Shown: positions 29,436-40,519 of the stretch, one piece after another | How the letters are laid out: each line of letters starts with the position of its first letter | Position numbering within the stretch: position 1 is the stretch's first letter | Virus record (IMG/VR): IMGVR_UViG_3300037470_000672 | Span: 32,001-96,000 of that record | DNA: 64,000 bases | Direction: 5' to 3' (one strand) | Source of the DNA: a virus | Program-made: the position numbers and the translations under genes | Notes under the pieces: model-generated | The model's input: the letters and a program-made list of their open reading frames with translations, nothing else | What the model was told of the DNA's origin: nothing | Databases searched by the model: none

Positions 29436-30423
29436 ATGATGATGCTGAAAGCCGAGGGACGCCGCCTGTACTTCGAGGGAGCGCCCTTCGCCGCGAAGGA
29501 TAGGATCAAGGCGCTCGGCGCCGCGTCTATTGTTTACGACGCTCATTCAGAGTACCCTAGCGGCTGAGAGCCGCCGCCACCCAACGCCCCCGCGGGGGCA
29601 GAGGAGATGATGATGACGTCACCGACCGAACGGCCCTCCTCACCGAGAAGATCGTCCCCGCGGGGCATCGAGGTGGTCGAGGTGACTGTGTGCGGCTCGT
29701 CGCTGACCTACACCTACTATATCGACGCGGCGGGCGTCCATCACCCCGCGACTCTCGCGGGGACGCCGTGGGCGCTGGACGGGCGCCCCATCCCCGAGCC
29801 CGACGACGTCGGGTGGCGCGCAGAGATCGGGCACCGACTGCCCGACGCCGAGCACGGCGTCGAGTGGGGCGCGGATGTCGTGGTCGACGACGACGACGAC
29901 TGACACCGTCTCCCTCGCCCGGCGCCGAGGGACTCCGACTGCGCAGCGCCGGTGCCCCGCGAGGGGCAGGCCCCCGAGGTCGCCGCCTGCACGCGGTGGG
30001 GGCCGCACGCTCCGATGACGGGCGCAGCGATAGCGGACGCGGCGCGTGCGCAGAGTGTGGGCGGTTTGCATCTTTGGAGGACTGCTCAGACAGTAGCGGA
30101 CTCGTCGCAGGATGCTGCTCGCGCTGCGCCTCGATGTCACCCTACGCGCGGTCCTTCGCGTGATGCCTAGCCGGCCCGTCGCCTTCGAATTCGAGATACG
30201 CACCACCGAGGGCGTAACGTGGTGCCATGTGCAGGGTTCGGGTGGGCGCGTCGGTGACGGCGCGCTCTATATCACGGACACGACCACCCTCGCGTACGTG
30301 GAGCAAAGACTACTGGCTCGTGTGCGCCTCTTGGCCGAGCGGGGACCGTTATACATCGATGGGCAAGACGTGTGTGTACAGGAAGTCTGCGCGGTTCGTA
30401 TTCGGTATTCGCCTATCTCGTAG
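29436..30423 (+). CDS. Plus-strand island of small ORFs (29436..29567; 29607..29903; 30112..30423)
   Basis: RBSs before 29436 and 29607; the only plus-strand genes that look real. Confidence 0.5.
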
Positions 30424-30597
30424 GTGCCCGGCTCTTTCATTTCCGAGACGTACCCTCAATCCGCCCGTACGGGCGGATCGGGGTTGAAGAGAGGGTGCTC
30501 AGATCCTTGGAATTCCAAGACCGACGCGCTGTCAGCAACACCAACCCGAGCCGTCTTAGGTGTCTCGGAATTTCAAGGATCCGAGCATCCTTTCCGG
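30415..30597. CRISPR. Head-to-head repeat cluster: degenerate + copy 30415-30449, + copy 30483-30521, minus copy 30562-30597
   Basis: Aligned by eye to the array repeat; 33-nt and 40-nt intervening segments. Confidence 0.75.
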
Positions 30598-30633
30598 AAA
30601 AAGAGAAAACCCCCAGTCGTGTCCAACTGGGGG
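30598..30633 (-). terminator. Intrinsic terminator
   Basis: 8-bp CCCCCAGT/ACTGGGGG stem plus TTTTCTCTTTTT on the minus strand. Confidence 0.8.
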
Positions 30634-31049
30634 ATGACTCATGCTGTCCAAGATCACCCGCCTCAACACGTCCCCAGGCATGCCCTGGTTGGCTCAACGG
30701 TGCCCCCTTGGGGGCGAGCTTAAGGTAAGTCTCCCGAAAGAAACGACCAGGGCTCGCGGCCGTAGCCAGCAGGAGCTTGCCTCCTGCCGCTCGCACAGCC
30801 AATCCGGACCGTTCTGGCCCGCCTGGCCTTGGGCTCCCCTTCAGCCTCCCCCTGCCGTTGCCGGACAAGGTTCGTCAGGGTTACCCACTCTCCCGCCGGC
30901 TCCCATTCCTGGAAGAGGAGGGTTGGCCCCGAGCAGGGGAGCCGCGCTGTCCGAGGACCCGCTAGCTCTCGGAGGCAGGGCGAACCCAATCTCCGAACCG
31001 GGGCGCATCCTACGGATTCCGCTCCAACCGTCAACCAAAAAGTGAACAC

Positions 31050-31808
31050 CTACCGCAGAAGAGAGGAACGGACACGCTTGTGGGCCTCAGAGAGCGCCTG
31101 GTCGTACCTGGCGCGCTCGTCTTTCAAGAGCTGCACATCCTGCGCATCTACATCCCCGTCCCCGTCCGCATCCTTAACGAGCCGCAGATAGGCCCGGTTG
31201 TTCGGGTCGATGAAGGACTCAGCCGCCGCCAGCTCCTCGCCCTTCTGCGCCCACAGAAGGGCATTGAGCAGCTCATAGGTCCACGCGGTACGGAGGATGT
31301 CAACCTTCCCGCGGTCGTCCCAGAACTCCTCCGGCGCCGCAATCTCCAGATAGACCGGGCTGTGCGTCAGGCCGGTGTACTGGTCTTCCTTGCCGTCCTT
31401 GTTCTCGTCTCCTCCGGTAGCAGCCTTCCGCAACGGAGACGTGAGAAGCCGTGCGCGCATAACGACGACCATTTGGGCGAGAAGCTGTTCGGATTTGGCG
31501 GCGTTGAGCATCCCAGGCTTGGACAGCTCGGAGATAACCGTGCGGGTGATGTTGGTCAGCAACAGAACATCGACGCGGCCTTTCAGCTCCGGATCGAGGA
31601 GCCACCGCGAGCCCATGATCTGCAAGGAGGGTCGGAAGTACCGCAGGCCGAACTTGCTGAGCCGCCAGAGGGTACCCGACTTCGCCAAGTAGATGAGCAC
31701 AGGGAACAGCGCAAAGAGCCCTAGAACTGCTGTAATGAGCAGGTAGAGGACCCATGTCGGCATGGGAGGGCCTTCAAGACCAGGCGGAGGAGGCGTAATC
31801 TCAGGCAC
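31050..31808 (-). CDS. Membrane-anchored hypothetical protein
   Basis: N-terminal transmembrane helix; EF-hand-like DADGDGDVD. Confidence 0.65.
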   Translation of the reverse strand: MPEITPPPPGLEGPPMPTWVLYLLITAVLGLFALFPVLIYLAKSGTLWRLSKFGLRYFRPSLQIMGSRWLLDPELKGRVDVLLLTNITRTVISELSKPGMLNAAKSEQLLAQMVVVMRARLLTSPLRKAATGGDENKDGKEDQYTGLTHSPVYLEIAAPEEFWDDRGKVDILRTAWTYELLNALLWAQKGEELAAAESFIDPNNRAYLRLVKDADGDGDVDAQDVQLLKDERARYDQALSEAHKRVRSSLLR

Positions 31809-32498
31809 CGGGCTTGGTCTTTCGGCCGGTGAGCAGCTTGATCAGATCGTCAGCACCGAGATGCCCGAGCCCGTGGTGAAACACCATGGTCCCGAAGCCG
31901 AGCACCAAGCCGAGGGTCAGCTTCTCTCCCCAGGTCGGGTACTCGACAGTCCAGGGACCGGGAACGAAGAGGGACGGGAAAACACATCCGGTGATGGGGA
32001 GCCAAAACTTCACGCGCCAGGCTTGTGAGCGCCACCCTGGCAGGCCGTTCTTCTTTTCGAAGAGGGGCCAGGTGGACTGCCGCAGCGCGTGGATGATGGT
32101 CCAGTTGCCCACCACGAGGAGCACGTTCCAGAACGTGATGAGCTTCTGAAGCTCGGCGATGAACAAGTCCATCAGCTTGCGCCGTTCTTGTGCTGCGCCT
32201 TCACATTCTTCAAGTGATTGTTGCTGAGGTACGTACCTGACGCGAGGCCCAGAAGGGCTGAGATTGCGACCACGTCGAAGGCCGGCACCGTCCAAGAGAG
32301 CCAGGAAAGCTCGATCTTGGTGGCTGCGAAGAGCAGGGTGAGCGGCGCGTAGAGAGCGAGCGCGAACAGCCAGGTGAGGGAATGGATCAGGCTCGTCTTG
32401 GAGAACTTGCCATTCTTCGAGGCAAGGCGGCGCACACCCGAATCCTTCCACGTGTTGAGGCCAGGGATAGGGGCGTTGTCGTCGTTCTTGTCAGCCAC
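31801..32498 (-). CDS. Two small multi-TM membrane proteins (31801..32172; 32172..32498), holin-like
   Basis: Two or three hydrophobic segments each, with basic C-termini. Confidence 0.45.
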
Positions 32499-32522
32499 GG
32501 GAACCTCCGTACAGCGAGCTTA

Positions 32523-33392
32523 CTACATCCGCTTTCGGGCCTCCTTGGCCTTGGCGTAGTCGAACTTCCGCAGCTCGTTGGACAACTCTTTTCTGTACTG
32601 AATCCAGCCACGTAGGTTGCCGGACCGATAGAAGGGTTGTGACGCGGGTCGCGCCTGATGCTCTGCTGGGGAGACGTGACCGTTGGCGATGAGCTGGTCG
32701 TACAGGCGCACATCGTTCGTGACGTCAGAGTTTGTGTTGTCGTGGTTGAGGTACGACACGCGGGCACATCGGGCCACGGAGCACTTCTGAGCGAGCACAA
32801 GCTGCTCGGGGTCAGACATGTAGAACTCGCCCGTACGTACGTACGGGAGGTGCCACTGCCATTCCCGCAGCTCTTGGGGAGGGGCTTTGGGTTCGTAGAG
32901 GGCCTCCGCCATGACCCAGGCGAGAGCTTGGATCTCGGGCTGGGCGTCTTCCGGAGTGCGCAGTCCGAAGAAGTTCTCCCAGTCGGTGCCGGTGATGACG
33001 GTGGAGGCGTGGAGAAACGGCTCCAGGATTCGGTTGGCCGTCTGCTTGTGGACACCCAACTCTCGAAGGCGCTCCGCATGGGCAATGGCATCCGTCATTG
33101 CGGCCAACCATTCTTCTCGGGCGAGGTACTGCGTGGCCTTCGGTAGCTCTTCTGGCGCCACCATACCCCGCTGATTTTTGCCCCAATATATGGGAATGTA
33201 CGGGTCTTTTTTGATGCGCTCAATGAGCTTGGAAGAAGGAATCGCTCGATGTGAGGCTGTGCTGCGGGCGAACGATCTGTGCGTATTGAGTTGCGCCAGG
33301 AGGAACCGGGGGTAGACGAGCTGCATGGTCGTCAGCCGCACCCCCTCTTGGGAGACGGAGTCGGCGACAACCTCTGCGGTGATGGTGGTCAT
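32523..33392 (-). CDS. thyX: Flavin-dependent thymidylate synthase
   Basis: QLNTHRSFARSTASHRAIP; AQPEIQALA; SVARCARVSY; HVSPAEH. Confidence 0.9.
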   Translation of the reverse strand: MTTITAEVVADSVSQEGVRLTTMQLVYPRFLLAQLNTHRSFARSTASHRAIPSSKLIERIKKDPYIPIYWGKNQRGMVAPEELPKATQYLAREEWLAAMTDAIAHAERLRELGVHKQTANRILEPFLHASTVITGTDWENFFGLRTPEDAQPEIQALAWVMAEALYEPKAPPQELREWQWHLPYVRTGEFYMSDPEQLVLAQKCSVARCARVSYLNHDNTNSDVTNDVRLYDQLIANGHVSPAEHQARPASQPFYRSGNLRGWIQYRKELSNELRKFDYAKAKEARKRM

Positions 33393-33661
33393 GAGATTTT
33401 ACTTCTTCAGCTCATCCAGACATTCCCCCAAAGAGATATCACCTTCGGGTCCCCAGACGAGGCAAGTGCGATCCCAGTTTCTGCAAAGACGGTGCTCTGG
33501 ATCGGTCACTTCGACGGCCGAAATCTGATCGAAGGTGTTCATTGAGCAGTTGCCAAGCTCTTGCTCTGCATACCCCACCGTATCGATTTCGGAGGGAGGT
33601 GTAGGGCTGCGCACGTAGAACGTGACGCTCACGTCCGCTCGGCAGAGCCACAGCTTTTCGG

Positions 33662-34441
33662 TCACGAGCGCTCCTCCCTCATGACTAGCCCCCGAACACC
33701 TTCGTTGAGGAAGTCGCTTGTGACATCAGCCAAGAGGAACTTCCGCCCGAGCTTCATCGCCTCTATGCCTACCACCCCGGTGCCACAGAACGGGTCGACG
33801 ACCAACTCTCCGGGTTGGGTGGAGACGGAGATGACCTCTCGCGTCACCTTGGGCGGCTTGGGTGCAGGTAAGCGTTCTCCGCGCGGCGACAGAACCCGAG
33901 GGGCCGGGATCACGTCCAGGATGTCGTGGTTGAGTGCGCGCTTACCCTTCTCGAAGAAGAGGATGCGCTCGTTGGCACCTCGACCATGGTAGCCGGCGCC
34001 GCCGTGGAGTTTGGAACCGTCCTGGGTGGTCTTGACCCAGATCCACTCCCGCCAGAAGTAGAAGCCGGTCTTGGTCTTCCGGCGCCCGTCTTTGAGGCGA
34101 CAGATGCGGGGGTCGGATATCTCCTGCTGGGCCTTGATCACATCCGCCGTTGTCTCGTCACACCAGAGGAAGAAGTGGCGGTCTTTCTTCAGGATGCGGA
34201 AGACCTCGGCGAACAAGACCTCGAACGCTTCCCAGGCGAGCACCGAGAACCAGGGGTTCGAGCTACCCTTGGACTCTTTGAGGCGGGTGGTGGTGCCCTT
34301 CTCGCGGTGGATCTCAAGCGACGGGAAGGGCGGGTCTGTCAGCACCAGATCGACGCTCTCCGCCGGCAGCGCGCGAAGAAACTCCAGGTAGTCGCAACGG
34401 TAGACCTGACCCGGAAGGTCTTCGCGGACGGTGATGTCCAT
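33662..34441 (-). CDS. N6-A/N4-C DNA methyltransferase (beta class)
   Basis: TDPPF motif IV before DPFCGTG motif I. Confidence 0.85.
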   Translation of the reverse strand: MDITVREDLPGQVYRCDYLEFLRALPAESVDLVLTDPPFPSLEIHREKGTTTRLKESKGSSNPWFSVLAWEAFEVLFAEVFRILKKDRHFFLWCDETTADVIKAQQEISDPRICRLKDGRRKTKTGFYFWREWIWVKTTQDGSKLHGGAGYHGRGANERILFFEKGKRALNHDILDVIPAPRVLSPRGERLPAPKPPKVTREVISVSTQPGELVVDPFCGTGVVGIEAMKLGRKFLLADVTSDFLNEGVRGLVMREERS

Positions 34442-34485
34442 CCTTGTTACCTTTCATGTACGGTCAGTCTCGTCAAGAGGTTCGG

Positions 34486-34971
34486 CTACGCCTCGACGAG
34501 GGCCTCAATCATTTGCGGATCGACGAAGCCGATGAAGTCGCCACGGTCCTCTCCCTCTCCCTCGATACGCTTGAGCCAGCCAAAGTTGAGGCGACTGAAG
34601 AAGATACGGTCGCCTGGCTGAAAGGGTCGGGACAACCTCTTGGCGCGCTTGTGTGCGTTGGGTCCGGCCGAGAGCACGTCCCCGATGATGTAGACCTTGG
34701 ACCCCATGCGATCGTCGTACAGACGCGGACCGGTGGTGCCGACGGGATACCAGATGCCGCCGGCTGACTTCTCGGGCGGAGAGCCTACCCGGACAAGAAG
34801 GCGCCAGCCGAGGGCTTGTACTCGCCGCCCGTCGTAGACGCGCATGAGCAGGTCTTCGCACTCGTCTGGGGTCATCGGATCGGGCATCCGCGGAGGGATG
34901 ACACGCAGAGGGTGTCCTTCGATGATCTCCGCAGAGCCGCGAGGTGGGGCGCCTAGGATTCGGTTGGCCAC
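34486..34971 (-). CDS. GroES-like co-chaperonin
   Basis: LGWRLLVR..EKSAGGIW; GDVLSAGP; QPGDRIFF. Confidence 0.65.
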   Translation of the reverse strand: MANRILGAPPRGSAEIIEGHPLRVIPPRMPDPMTPDECEDLLMRVYDGRRVQALGWRLLVRVGSPPEKSAGGIWYPVGTTGPRLYDDRMGSKVYIIGDVLSAGPNAHKRAKRLSRPFQPGDRIFFSRLNFGWLKRIEGEGEDRGDFIGFVDPQMIEALVEA

Positions 34972-34988
34972 GCTTCCTCCGTCCGTGC

Positions 34989-35516
34989 CTACGCTCTTCT
35001 ACCGACAAGAGGGTTGGGAGCCGGTAGGAGCTTCACGTCCGCAACCAGAGTCCAATCTTCGCTACCACCTTTGGGCTTGATAGTCACGAGAATAGTGCGC
35101 TTACCTGCGGTGGAGTCCAGAAAATCCAGCTCAAAGGTGAGCTTCTGTCCATCCCTGAGATTACTCTGCGGATTGAGTTTCTGCGCAACGAGCGTATCCA
35201 GAACCTTTTGGGTAGCCGAATAGACTTCGCCGCTCTTACCGTACTGTTCGATGGCTACAGCCAACGCCTTCTGAACGGTAGCGCGAGCCTTGGCGCCGTC
35301 CATGAAACGAATACCAGCGCTGTCTTTTGGGGAGCCCAGATAGCGCGCGAAGATGGTGATCCCGCGGAACTCGTGTCCGTCCCCTACCCCGCCGGACGAG
35401 AGCTGCGATGTGTAGCCATTGGCTGCGGCCGGGTAGACGCCGGTGCCGTAATACTCCAGCAGCAGGGGCTCGCCTGCGGCCAGTCTCTCCAGCAGCGCTA
35501 CGCGCTTTGGTTCCAT
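34989..35516 (-). CDS. Hypothetical protein
   Basis: 175-aa ORF. Confidence 0.6.
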   Translation of the reverse strand: MEPKRVALLERLAAGEPLLLEYYGTGVYPAAANGYTSQLSSGGVGDGHEFRGITIFARYLGSPKDSAGIRFMDGAKARATVQKALAVAIEQYGKSGEVYSATQKVLDTLVAQKLNPQSNLRDGQKLTFELDFLDSTAGKRTILVTIKPKGGSEDWTLVADVKLLPAPNPLVGRRA

Positions 35517-35525
35517 CCGCCCATC

Positions 35526-36680
35526 CTAGTGCGGCACGAACACGATGCGAACCGGCAGCGCAGCACCACCAACGGGCATGAACTGCTGCCACACGGACAG
35601 ACTGTCGCTCGGCTCGTAGCGCGCTTCGACAACGCACTTGGTGTTGTCGCCGAGTGACCCGGTTCCGGCGGGGAGCAAGGCTGTCGTGTTCGTGGTCGGG
35701 ACAACACCGGCCATGATGCGCGCTGCGCCACCCCAAGTCCCGCCGCGAGGGTTCACGCACAGGCCGAGGTGGTCGTGTGCTGCATCATCGTCTTCGGTAG
35801 ACAGGTGCATGCGGTAGAGGACGCCGAAATTCCCTTGGAGGGTTTCCTCTGTTGGCGGGTCGACGGCGTTGTCATAGCCGGTGACGTATTCATCACCGTT
35901 GCCGCCGATGGGAAATTGAACGACGCCTTCTGACGTCAAGATCGTCTCTGTCGCGGCTGTGTCGTAGACCTTGTCCGCGTAGTCGAAGGTGCCGCGATCA
36001 TGGCTGTCACGGGCGAGCACGGACATGCCCGGGCAGTCACCTGTCGGGCTCTCGCTCTGCTTGAGGAAGCACACGGTGACGGCGTGTGTCGACGACATCG
36101 AGTAGTCCCAGATGCCGTGCAGCAGGTAGCCCTTGGCCACGTTCGTAGTGTCGAAGGCCGTATCTAGACGCACCGTTGCTCCAGCCGCGACGTTCACGGA
36201 ACCGAGCGCCGATGAATCTGTCCACCGCTCATAAGCTTTCTTACCCGCGTACAGGAACGATGTGGACGGTCCGGCGGTCCCGTGCTTCTGCACCTGCAAG
36301 GTCGCTGAAGAGCCGGATGTGTTCTTCACGATCACTGAGAACCGTCGTGACGGCCCGTTGGCGTTGTTCACGTGGTAGACGAAGACGCGGTTGTAGTCAG
36401 TGCCCGCGGTGGCTGCGAGCCCCGTGTCCTCGTAGAGCTTACCCGATGCTGTCGGGTATTCCGGGGAGTCGGAGAAGACGAGCCTTCCCCCCGCCCACGT
36501 CTGGGATATGTCGACTTCGGGGCAGTTGATGACCCCGCTGCCAATGTCGTCGAGAGAGATGACGTCGGAGACGCTGGCGCCTGTGATGTCGGCGTCGAGC
36601 TGCGATGACGTGGGGCAGGTCTGCGCCTGCGCGGTCCCTGCTGCTACCAGCAGCAAGAAGAGGGGGAAAAATATCTTCAT
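35526..36680 (-). CDS. Secreted protein with Sec signal peptide
   Basis: MKIFFPLFLLLVAAGTAQA/Q. Confidence 0.75.
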   Translation of the reverse strand: MKIFFPLFLLLVAAGTAQAQTCPTSSQLDADITGASVSDVISLDDIGSGVINCPEVDISQTWAGGRLVFSDSPEYPTASGKLYEDTGLAATAGTDYNRVFVYHVNNANGPSRRFSVIVKNTSGSSATLQVQKHGTAGPSTSFLYAGKKAYERWTDSSALGSVNVAAGATVRLDTAFDTTNVAKGYLLHGIWDYSMSSTHAVTVCFLKQSESPTGDCPGMSVLARDSHDRGTFDYADKVYDTAATETILTSEGVVQFPIGGNGDEYVTGYDNAVDPPTEETLQGNFGVLYRMHLSTEDDDAAHDHLGLCVNPRGGTWGGAARIMAGVVPTTNTTALLPAGTGSLGDNTKCVVEARYEPSDSLSVWQQFMPVGGAALPVRIVFVPH

Positions 36681-39600
36681 GATTCACTGTCCTCGCTGAG
36701 TCCGTAGAAGGTCACTACAGACCAAGTGCCGTCACAAGGGATGTGGTTTTGGAGGCTGATTTCGATGTCCATACCCAGAGCCTCGTCTATGTCGATGGTC
36801 GCCTGGTGGCTGTATGGCCAGCGGTAGATGTAGACATCGCGGGTCAGGTCACGCCATCCGAGGTTTGCTCCCTGGGTCTTGGGGATGACGGGGAAGGCAC
36901 CGCTGGCTTCGGCGATGATGTCCATGACCGTCTGGTAGATAACGGGGTCACCGAGCGGGAGCATGGTGCCTGCGGGATACGGCCCACCGTTAGCGTCCCA
37001 ATACGCAGCTAGAGCCGGATGCTTGGCGACATCGCCACGGGCCTGAAACAGGAAGCTGTTCTTGAGGCGGGCATCGTCGCTGAACTGAAGCTCGGCTGTG
37101 ATCAGGCGGATGCGCTTACCGGCTGCTGGCGTGATGTACCACTGGCTGGTGGTGACGCGGCTGTAGTCGATGGTGACGACGCCAGACGGCACGTCGTCGA
37201 AGTCGACGTCTCCCGTCAGGTAGTCGATGCTGTAGTCGCCGATGTCGGTGTCCGGGTCTTTTTCTGTCTTGGCTACGGCGTCCACGTAGACAACGGGTTG
37301 GTGCTCTGCGCGGAGCTTGGTCTCGCCGGTGATGCGTCCGTGGCTGACGTCGACGACGGTCTCGGGGGCCGGGAGATGAAACAGCGTCGGGAGGACGACG
37401 TCCACGGTCATCGCCACGCCGGTCTCACGAACCGACTTCGTGTACCAGGTGCGCTTGTCGCAGAAGTTCTGGCTGATGATCTGGAGCTTGGAGCCCTCTC
37501 GCACCGCGGGTTGCACGACCGGCGTGTTGGTCGTCGTCTTCTTCGTGACACGGGGTGGCTTGCTGACCCAATTTGTCTCGAAGTCTGTGACCAGCGCAGC
37601 GTGCGCAGCATCGGCCTTCCGTAGCGACGTCCGACGATGGATTCCACCATCCTCCTCCGTGTACACACGGTAATGGTCGTCGCGGTCCTCGAACACGTAG
37701 TTCAGCGATGCGTAGGTGCCGTCGATGAACTTGACGAAATCCTCCCATTCCAATTCTTGGACGGGAGAGCTGATCATCATACGCCCGCTATTTACGGTCA
37801 TGACGGAATATCCTGTTCATACACGTATAGCTCACCGCGTATGACCGTTGACGTTGCCTGAAACGGCACGACGTTCACCCAGACCCTGGACTTCTCCGGC
37901 AGCTTCACGGCGTTCAAGGGCTTATCGAAGGACAGGCGTGACGGTACGATGGCGCCGCCGTCGCGGAGATTGATGAGGTCGAGGTTGTGATCGACCAGGT
38001 TCGTGCCGTCTTCGCGTAGCTGGCCTTTGAGCTTGAAGGCTACCTCGTCCTCGACGTCTCCGTTCCATCCTATGGCCCAAGCTTCCTTGCCTGCCGGGAC
38101 GTAGTGGTGGCAGAGGAACGCCTTTTCCGTTCCCGAGCCTATGCCACAGAACTCCGACGCCCCACCTGTTGTCCCGTCCAGCAGGCGGATGGCACCGGCT
38201 GCGGCTGCGCCTTCGATGACAAAGAAGTCCTCGATGAAGCGGATGTCGGTGGCGACGGTGTTGACGTTTACTGTGCCGTTGAGGACTACGTCTTCGACCT
38301 TCCGCTCGTACGCCGAGTTCTGGAAAATGATGCGCACCTTCTTGGCGCCTGTGCCGCCGCTGTCGTCTTGTGCGCTCGTGGAGTCGACAGCGCATTGTCG
38401 TTCCGACGTCAGCTCGATGTACGATCGTAGGGACAGGAGCGTCTCGCTGGCAGACGTGGTGGTCTTGTTCCCGAGCCGACGGATGACGCGCTCGTCGTTG
38501 AATAGTGCTTGATTGGGCGCGGGCATGTGCTTGCTACTCCTCGTACCCGACCCAGCTAGCGGTCATGTGCAACGGGGAGCCGGTACCGTTCGTCCGCTGG
38601 ATAACGATTCGACGGTCACCGTCACCGACAAACTCCTGGCCTATAGTCCTCTGGAAGTTGTTGGCGTTCAGGTACAGGAGGTCGAGGATGCTGTCTCCCC
38701 CGGTAGTCCTTTCCACGAGCACACCACGCCCGCCGCCTATCGAACCATCAGCCCCGGCAGAAAACCGTTGTAGTATCAGCGTTTTCCCGTCTGTGATCGT
38801 GTAGATGTCTTCGGAGGTCGAACCGGAACCGATTGACCCGGAAACGAACCGGTTAACGGGTGTAGTTCCTGGCGGTGAAGCGGGTGGAGGGATGCTAACG
38901 CGCAGTCGAGAGTCTGCCTCCAACTCTATATTGTCGAATATTCCGTCCGGTTTCTTACCCGTGAGGATGGCCTTCACCAGCTCCGCGTCGTCATCGTCGA
39001 CGATGGAATCGGAGATGCGGTGCGAACTAGGTTTGCCGTAGAATTGTTTGTAGACAATCTGGAGCCGGAAGAAGGTCTGCGTTGTCGATCCGTTCTTGTA
39101 GCGGACGCGAAACCAGTTACCGACAACAGACGTGTAGATTTTCCCCTTGTTTGCGGGGATCGTAAACTCATCAATGCTGTCCCAGTTCGTGCCGTCGGGG
39201 CTCGTCTCCAGTACCAACCCATCGACCGCCGAGGCATGGCTGGCCTTGACTACGATCACAGCCATGGCGTAGTCACGTACTTGTTCGGCTGTGCCTACAA
39301 ATTCGGCATCGGCAGCAAGAGTGGTGACGGAACTGTTGCCGGTTTCGTTGGCGGAGACGACACCACGAGGTACGAGCAGGGACTCCACTTGCAGCCTACG
39401 ATCACTCCCATCACCTGCGGTCGTGACGATGTTGCCGTCTACGTCTACTATCAGGCGGGCCGGGCCATCGGTCATGCGATAGCTCTCGTGCGACCGGACT
39501 CAAAGGCCCCGGAATAGGAGACGGTGTCTGTGACCGTGGCCAAAACCGTGGTTCCGTCGGTGTCGTAAATCTTCCACTCCACGGTCGTGGGAAAAGCGTC

Positions 39601-40503
39601 CGTGTAGGTCAGGGACTTACGGACAAGAGCCGAGGTGTCAGCACGCTTCCACAACACCTCGGTCGGGAACGCCCCTGAGTACGTAATGACCTTGGTAGCC
39701 CCGCTAGCAAACCCTTCCGCCGGCCCCTCATCGATGAAGTGGATGAGCTGGAGAAGGGCACGGTGTTGCGCTTCACTCAGCCCTGACCCCGACCGCGGAT
39801 CGTACTCCCCTGTGGAGTCGAAAAACTTCCAATTCCCTGCTGTTGGGTCGTAAGAAAATTCTCCAGCTACGTCCGGAGTAGCTCCCCCTACCGAGTCCAG
39901 TTTCGCCACGCCGCTGTCATCGATGGATAGCTTGCTGGTCTGAATCTGACCATCCACGCCATCGAACCTAGGAACCCCGTTGTCGGCCGAACCGCTTGGT
40001 GGAGGTGCAATCGTAACGGTTTTCCAGACCGACCCGTCCCACCGCTGAAGAAGCCGACGACCTACCCCATCGTCCAGAAGCCAAAGGTCTCCTACAACGT
40101 CACCTGTGGCAGGACGTTCCCCGATGGCTCCTGACCCGAATAGGTCTGCGTCCTCTGCGTCGATCGTTGTCGGCAGCCCTGTTACTGGGTCTACATAAGT
40201 GATCTGCCGGGTACCCATCGTCGCTCATCGAGCCCGCGATGATGTTCGTGCGCTCTTGTTCTTTGGGGGCACTTCGCCATTCGAGGAGGGCGCCGCGCCG
40301 TTCAAAGTCGGTTCGGGCTTTGTGGCGACGCCTACAGGGCCGTAGGTATCCTTGTACATCTTCCACTCGTGGATGACCTGCGCCATCAGCTTCAGCGACA
40401 AGTCCAGGACCCGGTGATCGTCGCGCGTACCTTGGTACTTCGCTACGACTCCATCCAGGTAGCCGTACGCAGTGTCTGGGGTGACGGTGATCTTGTCAGC
40501 CAT
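36677..40503 (-). CDS. Putative virion structural genes (36677..37801; 37798..38526; 38534..39475; 39472..40218; 40225..40503)
   Basis: Contiguous beta-rich, T/D/G-rich ORFs in the morphogenesis block. Confidence 0.6.
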
Positions 40504-40519
40504 GGGGTCGAAGCTCCTA

